DNA of 63,433 nucleotides, from contig MU626379.1 of NCBI GenBank assembly GCA_025603075.1, positions 1 to 63,433 on the forward strand, read 5' to 3'. The translations under genes and the position numbers were made by a program. Positions 50,300 through 61,546 of the stretch are shown piece after piece (position 1 is the first letter of the stretch; each line of letters starts with the position of its first letter). Source of the stretch: Neoconidiobolus thromboides FSU 785 (taxonomy: Eukaryota > Fungi > Entomophthoromycota). Under the pieces are notes generated by a model, which worked only from the letters and a program-made list of their open reading frames with translations, was not told the DNA's origin and searched no databases.

Positions 50300-51110
50300 A
50301 TGTAAATTTCTCTTAACGTTGATAGTTTGAAAGAGTCATGATTGAGTTTAATAGTATTATTGGAATAGCCTAAAGAAATAGCACTACTATTCTCAAACAA
50401 CCCTAATTTTCTTTTACTATAATTGTTAAGAAAATATTTACTATAATCTAACAACTTGATACTGTGAAATATCGCTTTGTCAGTCCCGTGGTTAATTATA
50501 GCATAATAATCGCCTAAGCTGTTGTGCTCTCAAGTTCAGAGGAAACCAATCCCACGTTCTTAGTTTGATTTCATATGAGAATTTCTAGCTCCATCCCAAA
50601 GAATATTATCTTCCCATTTTAATATTTGCACTTTTCAGAGTATAGTAACTTGAGGCTTTTTAACTGAATTATTCCGATATCTCAAACATTTAATAAAGCC
50701 ACTAAGTTTTCTTAATAATATTTTACATAGGTTTTACATTAGAAGTGTCTATTCTATTTGTCTTATATAGTCTGTAGCCTATTACGTGTGCTATTCTTCA
50801 TAATCCAAGTCTACCTTAGTCACATAAACTAAGATCTTTCGACTTATAGTGTAGTCAATCAAGCAATAGCTGTTTTTGACTCCAAACACTGAGTACTAGG
50901 TTTCACAATACTCTTAAATATAGTATTTTTGATCTCTTAAATCGTGCTTTAATGGTATCTATTTTATCAATGAAAACATTATTTGAAGTATTTATTTTAA
51001 GCACTTTAATATACTTGCATTAAAATACTTAATTACATCTTTGATAGTTACACTTTGTACAGGAATTTCAATTACCTCAAGTTGATTCAAATAAATTTTA
51101 AACTCTTTCA
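50300..51110 (-). pseudogene. Possible decayed coding sequence (F-box/LRR-like remnant?)
   Basis: Minus-strand fragments such as LKEFKIYLNQLEVIEIPVQ and a ~100-aa open stretch are interrupted by many stops. The family assignment is only a weak resemblance. Confidence 0.25.
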
Positions 51111-51706
51111 ATAGCTGCTCATAGTCATAGGAACATATCCATTTGTTTTAGTTTTGGCAATTATATATTCAATATCGATATCACTAATGTCATCATTATA
51201 ATATTATCATCATTGTTATCACTAGAACAATTGCCATCGTTTTCACCATCATTCTCATGATTAATTTTGTTATCTATATTATCTTTATCATAAAATATAT
51301 TATTATACTCTATTGAAATAATACTTGAAAAGCTCAAACATTCTATACTAATATCAGTCAACTTCAAAGGACACATTAACAACCCGTGTTTTTTAATAAA
51401 CTTATTTTAATAATCATAATACTCCCCAAAGTCATAAACAAGAAAATACATCCCCAAATGCCTGTTTAGAAAGCACAACTCGAATAATTTAATTGAACCT
51501 AACGATTTGAGTACTTTTTCTAGTAAAATTTCCGATAGGGATTCGAATTAGGATAGTATTTCAACTTAATTTTAATAAAAAAAGGATCATTATTATTAAA
51601 AGTAGGGGTTTGTAATATCTAGTATAAAACTTGATAATTCGTTTTGGTATATAACGTTTTAATGCTTACCTATGCTGCTTTTTTTGCAGTTAAAAAATCT
51701 AACATG

Positions 51707-51807
51707 ATACGCGGATATTTTTTTAAGAATTTTACTAGCAAGTTTTCCACTCAAATAATGCTTAAAAGATGGAAAAAATAATGAAGCCGAAAAAAACACT
51801 CCCATAC
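51707..51807 (-). mobile_element. MITE-like element, copy 12
   Basis: GCGGATATTTTTTTAAGAATTTTACTAGC...CAAATAATGCTTAAAAGATGG...AATGAAGCCGAAAAAAACACTCCCATAC. Confidence 0.8.
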
Positions 51808-51810
51808 TAT

Positions 51811-51890
51811 CTTAAGAATTCCACTAACAATTTTTCCATTCAACAGTACTTAAAAAGTGAATAAACGAAGTTAAAAGTATCTTCCTACAT
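51811..51890 (-). mobile_element. MITE-like element, copy 13, truncated and abutting copy 12
   Basis: CTTAAGAATTCCACTAACAATTTTTCCATTCAACAGTACTTAAAAAG...GAAGTTAAAAGTATCTTCCTACAT; lacks one terminus. Confidence 0.65.
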
Positions 51891-52227
51891 TAGTTAATTT
51901 GAAGTGTTAATAGTAAATTGTACCAGTTGAGATCATGAATTTTGATGAATGGCCATCTATAGATAAACCATTATTTCTAATATTAAAAATTATAATCAAT
52001 TGTATAATATTATGACCAAATATATTAAAAAACAGCTTTTATAATTGATTATTTTGTTTACACTACTGTTTTATGTAAAGATATGATATTGATATTTAAG
52101 TACAAAGTGTTTTATTAATAGGATAAGGACTGAAATCCACTGACAAAATGGTTGCTGCTTTTGAAACTTTTTTATTACAAGCAGCTCAATTTAATATTGA
52201 AAACAAAAAATATAGGACAGGCTAGAT

Positions 52228-53374
52228 TTATTTATCAATAGAAGCCATTTCACCAATGATCAGCGGCATAGCATTCCCCTTTGGCATTGACTTAACTAAC
52301 TTACGAATCTGTTCACTTTCTTCTAAAGACTTGCTTCTTCTAGTACCTGGGATAGGAATAAAATATTCACCCTAAAACAATTAGCCAAATGATAATAAAA
52401 ACTAATGTTTATCTGAGCTAATGCCCAAGAAAAACAAAGGTGGGAAGCCTTAGTATTTTTAGTTTGCGCAATGGCTTTGAACTTTTTAAACAACTGTATG
52501 TTGTGGTTAATATTTTCAGAAGTAAATTGTGGATTACCAGAATTACGAAAGCCCCCTTTTCTTAATTTATTCACTTCCGATTTATCAGTTAAGAAACTCT
52601 TTCCTACTGGTGAATAAGCAGCTACACCAACTCCAAGCTCTTGATATGTTTTTAGCAAGCCATTAGTTTTAATATTAGTTTCCCGTTGGCTTCAAAAAAG
52701 CCATTAGCTTGTCATTCAAGGTTAAATGAATAAACTTACCTATATCCGGCCTGTACTGCAGCAATAAAACATACTTTATAAGCTCTTCTTAAAGTTTCCT
52801 CACTACATTCAGATAATCCTAGGCATTTAGCTTTCCCTTCTTTTACTAGCTCTACCATAGTTTCAATGGTTTCCTCAATTGGTCTATGAGTTAAACCAGA
52901 ACAACTAATTATACAATATACTATAGTATGATATATGTATTATGATCAATTACATGTTGATAATATAAGTCAATAGCCTCAATACTTAAGCCTTTTAAAC
53001 TGGCACTACAATATTGCTTAACATGTTCTTTATTCCCTAAGATTCCGTTCTTTTGTTTTTGGATCTATTGCTAAAACAAACTTGGTATAAAAAACTTTAT
53101 CTCTACGATCCTTCAACACTTTAGCTATAAGCTTTTTATTTCCTCTACTACTATATACATCCTATAAATATCTTAGTAAAACAGAATTTTGACTTGAAAC
53201 AAAGTATATCGCAGCATTCCAAAAGCTACGTCCTAAACCTAAAATATGGTTTAACACCTTAAAGTTCTCTTCTTAATTGCTAGAACCATAAAATGCACTC
53301 ATGCCCATACATCCCAACCCGGTAAATGAAACGAGGTCCGTTTTTTCCTAATTGATGGGTTGGTTTTTACTCAT
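52228..53374 (-). pseudogene. Aldo-keto reductase pseudogene
   Basis: LGKNGP and GLGCMGMSAFYG are in different frames, and an in-frame TAA follows (SSN*EENFKVL). Later remnants include IDLYYQH, ELVKEGKAKCLGLSEC and VAAYSPVGK. The C-terminus after PGTR appears shortened. Confidence 0.85.
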
Positions 53375-54611
53375 TTTTAATACTTATTTTGTTCTATTGT
53401 TATAGTAATCTTTTGCATTTATACTTTTTTATCTGATTCATTTTTTGAGTTTTTGTTATGTTTTATTGTTAGCTGGAACTAAATGTTATGTGGTCGAAAC
53501 TTACTTAGCTTAAAATTAGCAAATTTTTTGTAAGTGACATTAGATTAAATTACTATTTGCTCAAATACCAGGCGTTTATAAATCTAACAATAAAAAATTG
53601 CTTTTTAATGAGGCTTGTTCTTTATATAGAGTCTAATCTAGTTTTTGTATATGTATGACTTGTATGTATCTCTATTATAAGGCTACCAAATTGATGATTT
53701 GACTGATTTTAATTTAAAGATCATCGAGATTGTCGAATTAGTACAAAGAATTATTAAAGGTGATATTAAAAAAATTATATTTTAGATACAGAAACTAGGA
53801 ACCCGTCTACCAAGAGACTCAATAAATTATTACATTATTACATTATTCATTTTATAACTATTAGTGAGAAATATATATTGATTTAATTCCGACATTTGAA
53901 ATCAAGCAGGATCGGCATTACCCATTAACATAAGCTCTTTTATTTACTATAATTACTAAATTAAATATAGTCAATCTAATAATAATTATTAAAAAGAATT
54001 AAATTATTCAATATTGGGTTAATAAACAGAGCTTAATTTGAAGAAGAAGAAGTAAGGTCGGGTTTATATCTGACCTTAGTTTTGGTAATATAGAAAATCC
54101 CAACATTCTGAAAGTCTATAAAATTATTGGGATAAGAACAAATAAAGCCTTATAAAGGTGAGGAATTCCTCCACACTATTCCCTGTGGCCTTTGTGTTAA
54201 AGTAATTGACCACTGTCTCCTTTTTCCACCTTAAATATGGGTTTGGGTCCTCTGGAGGATGGATAGTATCCTTATTTAGCATTTAAGTTTGTTTAAGTAT
54301 GTCATCATTTTTTTACACTTTGGTTCTTCTTTTTTGATTTCTATTTTCTCCGATATTTGTTTTCCTCCTCTTTTTCTTACTAATAAAAGGCTACTCGTTG
54401 GAGTAAGGATAAAAAAAAGGATTATCAAAGCGATGATTATTATTAATTTATAAATAATAAGGATCAAAATTATGCATTTGCGCTTTGATAGTGTAATAAA
54501 TATTGATAAGTATTATTTTCTTATTAACTTGGTTTAAAACCTAATTAAAGAAACTGCAGGAACTATAAGAGGATTGAATAATATTTTAATTTACTTAAAA
54601 CAACTATTAAC

Positions 54612-54714
54612 ATATGGCAGTGTTTTTTGATTTCATTACTTTTTCCATTTTTTAGGCGCTATTTAGGTGGAAAAACTAGTAAAATTCTTAAACAAAAAAA
54701 ATACATCTCCATAT
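54612..54714 (+). mobile_element. MITE-like element, copy 14
   Basis: ATATGGCAGTGTTTTTTGATTTCATTACTTTTTCCATTTTTTAGGCGCT...ACATCTCCATAT. Confidence 0.85.
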
Positions 54715-55559
54715 ATATTAATATATCCCCTGTTTAAGCATACTTTTAATTTTTTATTATTTGAAGATTACTCAAGGCGAGGAAATATTTAAAGATATTG
54801 TACTCTAACTAGCAGTTGTCTGATGATAGTAGTTTAGAAAATAAATACAGTTTTTTCAACTTTTTACTATACTCAATAAAATATAATAGCCTCAATAGCA
54901 ATTGTTAAAATAAGTTTAATAAAAAACGAAATTTTCATTATTTTATTTATTTTTACTCTATTTGATATAGCAGTATTTAAGTAATATATTGCATGAGGGT
55001 TAAAACAAACCAATGTATATCGGAAAGCTAATAAACAGCTTTTGCTTATTTCAAGTATTAAGTAAATGTTTGAACAAGTATGCTCAAAATGGTAGATGTA
55101 ACAATAGTTAAAAAGACACTAATTTATAATAGAATTTTAGGTAGATTGTTAAAAATTATTGAAGTTTCAAGTATATTGAATTAAAAAAATTTAACATAGT
55201 AGTGTGATAAAACAAATTTATTTAATAGCGACCACAGGAGGCTTAAGTCTTCATAGAATTCAGTAAAAGATAATTAAAATCAAAACAATTTTTAATTACT
55301 ATTCATTCTTTTATGGTTTCGATTTAATTAAGTCTTTATTTTATTATTAATAAAACACTTGTCAGCTATGTTGTATCTGCATAATAGCATTTTCTTAAAG
55401 TTCAAAGCTAAAATAAAAATAAAAATAAAAATTTGAAAAAGATGAGTTTACTAAAATTGGTGTTTTGGAATATCAAAATTAAATTTAAGAATATTTAATA
55501 TTGCTTGTATTAAGATGCCAGAATAATAAATAATACGGCAAATGTGTTTTAATCATAAC

Positions 55560-55666
55560 ATATGGGGATGTTTCTTCTGATTTCATTACTTTTTCGATCT
55601 TTTAGGCGCTATTTGAGCGGAAAGATTGTTAGTAAAACTCTTAAATACAAAGATACATCCCCATAT
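55560..55666 (+). mobile_element. MITE-like element, copy 15 (near-consensus, 107 bp)
   Basis: ATATGGGGATGT...AGGCGCTATTTGAGCGGAAAG...ACATCCCCATAT; perfect 12-bp terminal inverted repeat. Confidence 0.92.
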
Positions 55667-56653
55667 ATCCATCAGAAATCAATGAAATTTTATTTTACTA
55701 TAATGTCAAAAAAAAAGATTAAATGAATACATAATCCATAGTAGCTTCGAAGCATTTTTTGCATATTTTATTTTGATATAGTTGAATGCTATATATGGGT
55801 GGTGGTAGGTTTAGAACTTTGGTTAAAACTAGGAATTAAATTTTCCATTTTTGTCCATCTTTTATATAATGTAAATTTTGAAAAAAGATATTGAACATTG
55901 TATAAATAAACATTAGATATATGTAATTTTACTTGAGCAAAAAAGCAATTAATTTCTAGTATCTTGTGCTTGATCCACAATTTTTACTAAAAATTCATAA
56001 TGGACGGAAATTGAACTGAGCTTTTAAACTAATTCATATTAATGGGTTATAACAGGAGACATAAAAAATATTAGTAATAAGGCCAAAATTAAGGGATGAA
56101 AAGAAAAAGATGACTAAAATAATTCATTTAAATAACATCACTTAGTCACTGATAGCTTAATTAAGTAATCCGAAATACTGAAACCTTATATCTTTATTCT
56201 TAATATTAATTTATTGTTATTACTTTAGTGATAAAACCCTCTAAAAGGCGATATCAAAAATAAAACTAATAAATTAATAATTATAAAATTTCATTTTTTT
56301 CAAGTTTATAATTAGGAAAGTGGCATTTATTATATGAACATGCATAAAAGGAACAAATAAAAACAAAAATAGTTAAAATAATAATGCCAGCATAATTTGA
56401 TATTTATGATTTAAAAAGCAATACAAAATTAATAGGATTATAGAATAATGTGAATTTATAACAGTGGTTTTTAATCCATAAAAGGATACAAATAAAATAA
56501 AAAACAAATATTTTCTAAATAAAATAAGATTTTAATTAAACAGGTCAATAAATGGATTTCATTGAATAGTTTATGATAAGTGATTTTTATTTACAGGTAG
56601 TAGTGAAAAGTATATAAACAAGAGAAAGATAAATGTAATCCCTAACTTAAAAA

Positions 56654-58333
56654 ATGTTGAAGTTTATTTATTTCGCTCTAATTTTACTAACAAACTCAAT
56701 AGTGACAACCACTTTGGTTGATAAGCCATTAAATGTGTTAATTTTCTGTGATATAAGTAGTAGATCCCATGTAAAATCATTCTTTGAGATATTTAAAGTA
56801 TTGCAGCAGAAAGGTCATGAATTCACTTTTGTATCTTCCTCAGATAATGCCCATTACAACAAAGGTTATAATGTAAGCTCAATAATATTTGATACCGCTC
56901 CACCAGACACTGTAAACCTACATAGTTTATATAGTACCGAGATACCTATAAGTTATGCTGGTATACATAAAGCTTTATTTCCAGATAGAATGGTAGATTT
57001 ATTTACTTATACCTATGAAGCCAATTATCCTAAATTAAACCAACTAGTAAAAGAAAATAAATATGATTTAATGATATGTGATTTTATGTCAAATCCATGT
57101 CAAGATGTAGCACAAAGTAATAGCTTACCTCTAATTATCGGGATTCAATCCTTAGATTTGTTGATTCCGATGACACCTGCATTTAAGATATCGACCACTT
57201 GGTATGCCCCACTTACGACCGAAGGTATGGACTTTTTTACAAGATATTATTATAAAGTTATCCATGCTTTTGAAAGGACAAAAAGGGGGTTGAATTATGT
57301 TAAAATGATTAAAGAGCTAAGAAAGAAATATAATGTTGTTGGTGCTAAGGGATATGCAGGAAATTTTAATTATGGATTAGGACTTGCCAATACTTTCTTT
57401 GGATTTGAATTGGCACAAGAGTTACCACCTATTATTAAAACTATAGGGCCTATTTTGCCAAAATCAGGTAACAAAGTTAGTTCAGAAATTCAAAGTTTTA
57501 TAGATGAGCATAAATCGATTCTTTATATTGGGTATGGATCTTTAAGTATAATAGATAAACATACTATGAGTTTATTATTACAAAAAGTTTTAACATTAAT
57601 TGACTCCAAAGTTATTGATGGTGCTATATGGGGATTAGTACGCTCAGTGGAATCTTTAGACTTACTACCAGAAGATATAAGCTATAATGGCAAAAAAGTA
57701 AAGACATCTGAAATAATCAAAGGTAAACATGAGCATATCAGATTATTAAAATGGGCTCCACAATCAGAAATATTGCAACATGAAAATGTGAAACTATTTA
57801 TTACTCATTCAGGCTTAGAAAGTGTATTTGAAGCCATTGATGCTATGACTCCAATGATTTGTATGCCAACTTTTGGAGACCAGGCACGTAATGCAGCTAA
57901 GGTAGAATCTATTGGGATAGGTAAACATATATCGTTTGAACAGATTGAGGATGGGCTGATACCTGCAATTACTGAAATGATCCAAGACAAAAATCAAAGT
58001 GTTCAAATGAATCTAGAAAGAATGAAATTGTTAGCTAATGGTAGCGATTTACGAATCCAATTAGGAGCTAAAGTCATTGAGGATTTTGCTAAAACTGCTA
58101 AAATTTGTAGGAAATTGAAACCATATGATCCTACCTCTAATTTACCTCCATGTGAAATTGAACATTTGGTTCCAGTTAGTAATAGAATGAACTTCATAAA
58201 GTTATACTCTTTGGATCTTATCGGGTTGAATTTCTTAGCTGCCTTTTTGTTTATTTATGGGTTTTATCGGGCTGTCAAAGCTATTTTAGTAAGGATTTTC
58301 AAACCTTCTATTAAACATAAAAAGGTGGAATAA
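56654..58333 (+). CDS. UDP-glycosyltransferase (GT1) with signal peptide and C-terminal TM anchor, single exon
   Basis: N-terminal SRSH (catalytic His position), signature WAPQSEILQHENVKLFITHSGLESVFEA...PTFGDQ, C-terminal TM helix and KKVE* end. Confidence 0.92.
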   Translation: MLKFIYFALILLTNSIVTTTLVDKPLNVLIFCDISSRSHVKSFFEIFKVLQQKGHEFTFVSSSDNAHYNKGYNVSSIIFDTAPPDTVNLHSLYSTEIPISYAGIHKALFPDRMVDLFTYTYEANYPKLNQLVKENKYDLMICDFMSNPCQDVAQSNSLPLIIGIQSLDLLIPMTPAFKISTTWYAPLTTEGMDFFTRYYYKVIHAFERTKRGLNYVKMIKELRKKYNVVGAKGYAGNFNYGLGLANTFFGFELAQELPPIIKTIGPILPKSGNKVSSEIQSFIDEHKSILYIGYGSLSIIDKHTMSLLLQKVLTLIDSKVIDGAIWGLVRSVESLDLLPEDISYNGKKVKTSEIIKGKHEHIRLLKWAPQSEILQHENVKLFITHSGLESVFEAIDAMTPMICMPTFGDQARNAAKVESIGIGKHISFEQIEDGLIPAITEMIQDKNQSVQMNLERMKLLANGSDLRIQLGAKVIEDFAKTAKICRKLKPYDPTSNLPPCEIEHLVPVSNRMNFIKLYSLDLIGLNFLAAFLFIYGFYRAVKAILVRIFKPSIKHKKVE

Positions 58334-58578
58334 AAAATAAAAAAGATTTATTAAACAAAGTATTCAATTTATTATTTATTTTATAAAAGTAATAATGTTA
58401 TTAACACTCTTTTATTAATCTGATAAGTACCAATCTTTACAAAACTATTTTTATTTTATTAACTTCATTCATTGATTTCATTATTATATATGCTTATTTT
58501 ATTGGCTATTGCTCTCCCTTAATTGGCAATCGAGATCATATAATAAAATTTTAACCTAAGCGATTTTTTATTTTTAAA

Positions 58579-60873
58579 ATGCCATTGACACGAAAATTAG
58601 CAGAATTATATGGAGTGAGTAGTTCAGTAGCTAACATTGCTAGAATAGCGATCAACCATACATTGATTGATTTGAAACTCAAATATAAGACTTCTGGATT
58701 ACCTAAGTTTCAAGAGGAAGGGAAGTGGAATCAAGCTGAGTTCAAAGATGTAGGAGTTAAGTTTACAGAATTAGATAGAGGATTCAACAATTCAATAAAT
58801 CAAATGGGCAATAATGACAGCTTAAATGAGAAAGAGCGCGGTTTAGCAAGAGATTTAGAAGAAAATGAAATTTATCCTGATTTAGGTGAGAAGCAAGAGT
58901 ATATTAAAAAACAAAATGAAGAAAATGAAATGAGGATCTTGAATGAAAAAAATGAGATTGAAAAAATAGACAATAAGCTGAATCATGGCATAGAATTACC
59001 AAATACTGAAGAGAAAGTTACGGAATTGCCTAAAAGGATTTCAGAAACTACAGATGATTTAGTTGTGGTTCCAAAATCGGATCTAAATTCAGTTCCCAAT
59101 TCTGAAATCAAAGAAAATAGCCCTGAAATTAAAGGAAGTGATTCAGAAATTTTATATAATAGAAATAGAGAATATACCGTTGAGACTCAATACCAGGTAA
59201 TTTAAATTAGAGTTCTTGTAAATAAATTGCACAATTTTATTTCTAAACATTTATTAAAAAAATGATCAGGATGATAGTAGGCCAAAAGAATACTTAGAGG
59301 TTAATGTTCCAACCACCAAATTTGGAAGATTTTTACAATATGGAGGTTAGCTATTGTATATTTAAAAATAAAAATATATAACAGATAGTTAGGCTTAGCA
59401 GTATCAATGGGATCAGGGATGTTAGGAGAGGCGTTTAAGCGTAGTGTAGGGCTTTCAAAATCAGAATTAGGAGGTAGCTATTATGGAATTCAATTTATAA
59501 AAATAATATAATCTTTAGAATCGGCATTATGGAGTGAAGGTAATGTAAAGAGGCTAGTGAATCGACTATCTAAGATGCGTGGAGCTGCTCAAAAATTAGG
59601 CCAAGTTTTAGCGATTCAAGATGCTAATGTATTGCCCCCTCAAATTGAGAAAATTTTATTTCAAATTCAACACTCAGGTGCTTATATGCCACAAAAGCAA
59701 CTGAAGGTAACATATAATTATATTTTTAATACACGAATATCTATAACATAATAGAGAGTATTAAGTGAAGAGATTGGAGAAGACTGGCAGAACAAATTGA
59801 TGGATTTTGAAATGACACCTTTCGCTGCAGCTTCAATTGGACAAGTTCATTGGGCAAATATAAAGGATTCTTCTGAACAAATAAGATCAGCAGCAGTGAA
59901 AGTTCAATACCCTGGGGTTGCACAATCAATCGATAGTGATCTAGATAGTTTAAAGCTACTTTTATTAGCATCAAAAGTATTGCCTCGTGGTCTATACTTA
60001 GATAAAACTATCCAAGTAACTAGAATGGAGTTGAAGTGGGAAACTGATTACTTGAGAGAAGCAAAATATGCTGAAATGTTTAAAGAGGCTTTAAAGGATA
60101 GTCCTGAATATCATGTACCTGCCATTTATAGAGAGCTTACAACAAGTAACGTATTAACTATGGAACGTTTACCTGGAGTACCTCTCAATCAAATATTAGA
60201 TGCAAAGCAAGAAGTTAGGGATTGGGTAATAAATAATATAGAAACAGAGATTGATAATAATTTTATTTATAGATTGCTACTAAAATTATGGAATTATGCT
60301 TAAGAGAGTTATTTGAATTTAAATTTATGCAAACAGACCCTAATTGGACAAATTTCTTATATGACCCAGTTGACCACAAAGTAAAAAATTTAATGATAAA
60401 CCGATATTTAATTAAATAACCACTTTGACTAGATTGGCTTATTAGATTTCGGGGCTACAAGAGAATTTGATGATGCTTTCCTTTCAAATTATTTAGGCGT
60501 GTTAAAAGCAGCAGCAGAAAATGATCGTGAAGGTTGCTTGGACTATTCATATCGTTTAGGCTATTTAACTGGGGATGAGCATAGCACTATGAAGGAAGCA
60601 CATATTAATTCAATATTAACATTAGCAGAACCCTTCCAAGTGAAAGAAGATGCGGAGTATGATTTTTCAGATCAAACTATTACTAAAAGAGTCAGAGATC
60701 TTATTCCAGTTATGCTAAACCTGAGACTCACACCACCACCTGAGCAAACCTATTCACTACATAGAAAGTTATCTGGTGCCTTTTTATTATGCTCAAGGTT
60801 AAGAGCTAAAGTCAAGTGTTCTCAATTGTTTTATGACACTATAGGAAAATTTAAAATGGAGGGGAAGTTATAA
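58579..60873 (+). CDS. COQ8: COQ8/ABC1 (ADCK3-like) atypical kinase, multi-exon
   Basis: [57 protein letters not shown] and [23 protein letters not shown]. Confidence 0.95.
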
Positions 60874-60949
60874 ATAAAACAGTCAATACTTTTCTAAATT
60901 TGATAGTTTAGTTCATATACTTATGTACAATTTCTTATAGAATTTTAAG

Positions 60950-61055
60950 ATATGGGGATGTTTCTTTTGATTTCATTACTTTTCCATTTTTTAAGCACTA
61001 TTTGAGCGGAAAATTTGTTAGTAAAATTCTTCAATACAAAAATACATCCCCATAT
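60950..61055 (+). mobile_element. MITE-like element, copy 16 (near-consensus, 106 bp)
   Basis: ATATGGGGATGTTTCTTTTGATTTCATTAC...AAGCACTATTTGAGCGG...ACATCCCCATAT; perfect 12-bp terminal inverted repeat, 76 bp after the COQ8 stop. Confidence 0.92.
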
Positions 61056-61546
61056 AATGAAAAACAATGAATAATCAATAGTGCATTTTAAATTATATTT
61101 GAAGCTAATTTAGTTTCAAAAATTTACATAATTTTTACGAAAAATGTTCAAATTTTGTATAAAAAAACAATACTCTTGTACAAGTAACCCTTCAAAAAAG
61201 AAAAGCACGACTTAGTCACACAGTCAGTCAGTCACATTTAACATCAGAGTGAAAGCTTAATAAAGCCTAATTCTGGATCTAATATTCAAAATTTATACCA
61301 TTATTAGAAGATTACGAAAGGACTTATAAAACAAACATATAGCAACTAAATAACATAACGATTTGACTAAAACTATAGATATTTGAGCCAATGATATTTT
61401 TATAATTAGTCAATTCTAAACCTTAATTAATTAGAACTAATGTCATTTCCTCGTATATATTTGATTTTGGTTCCTCAAAACAAACTATTCTCAGTATATT
61501 TTGAATATAAATAGGGGTCAAAATGATTTTTCAGAATTAAAATTAA

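Noticed and set aside
54150-54270. Locally GC-richer segment with short hairpins, considered as an ncRNA
   Set aside because: No tRNA cloverleaf, Sm site or RNase P/MRP motifs identifiable by eye; would need an Infernal/Rfam scan.
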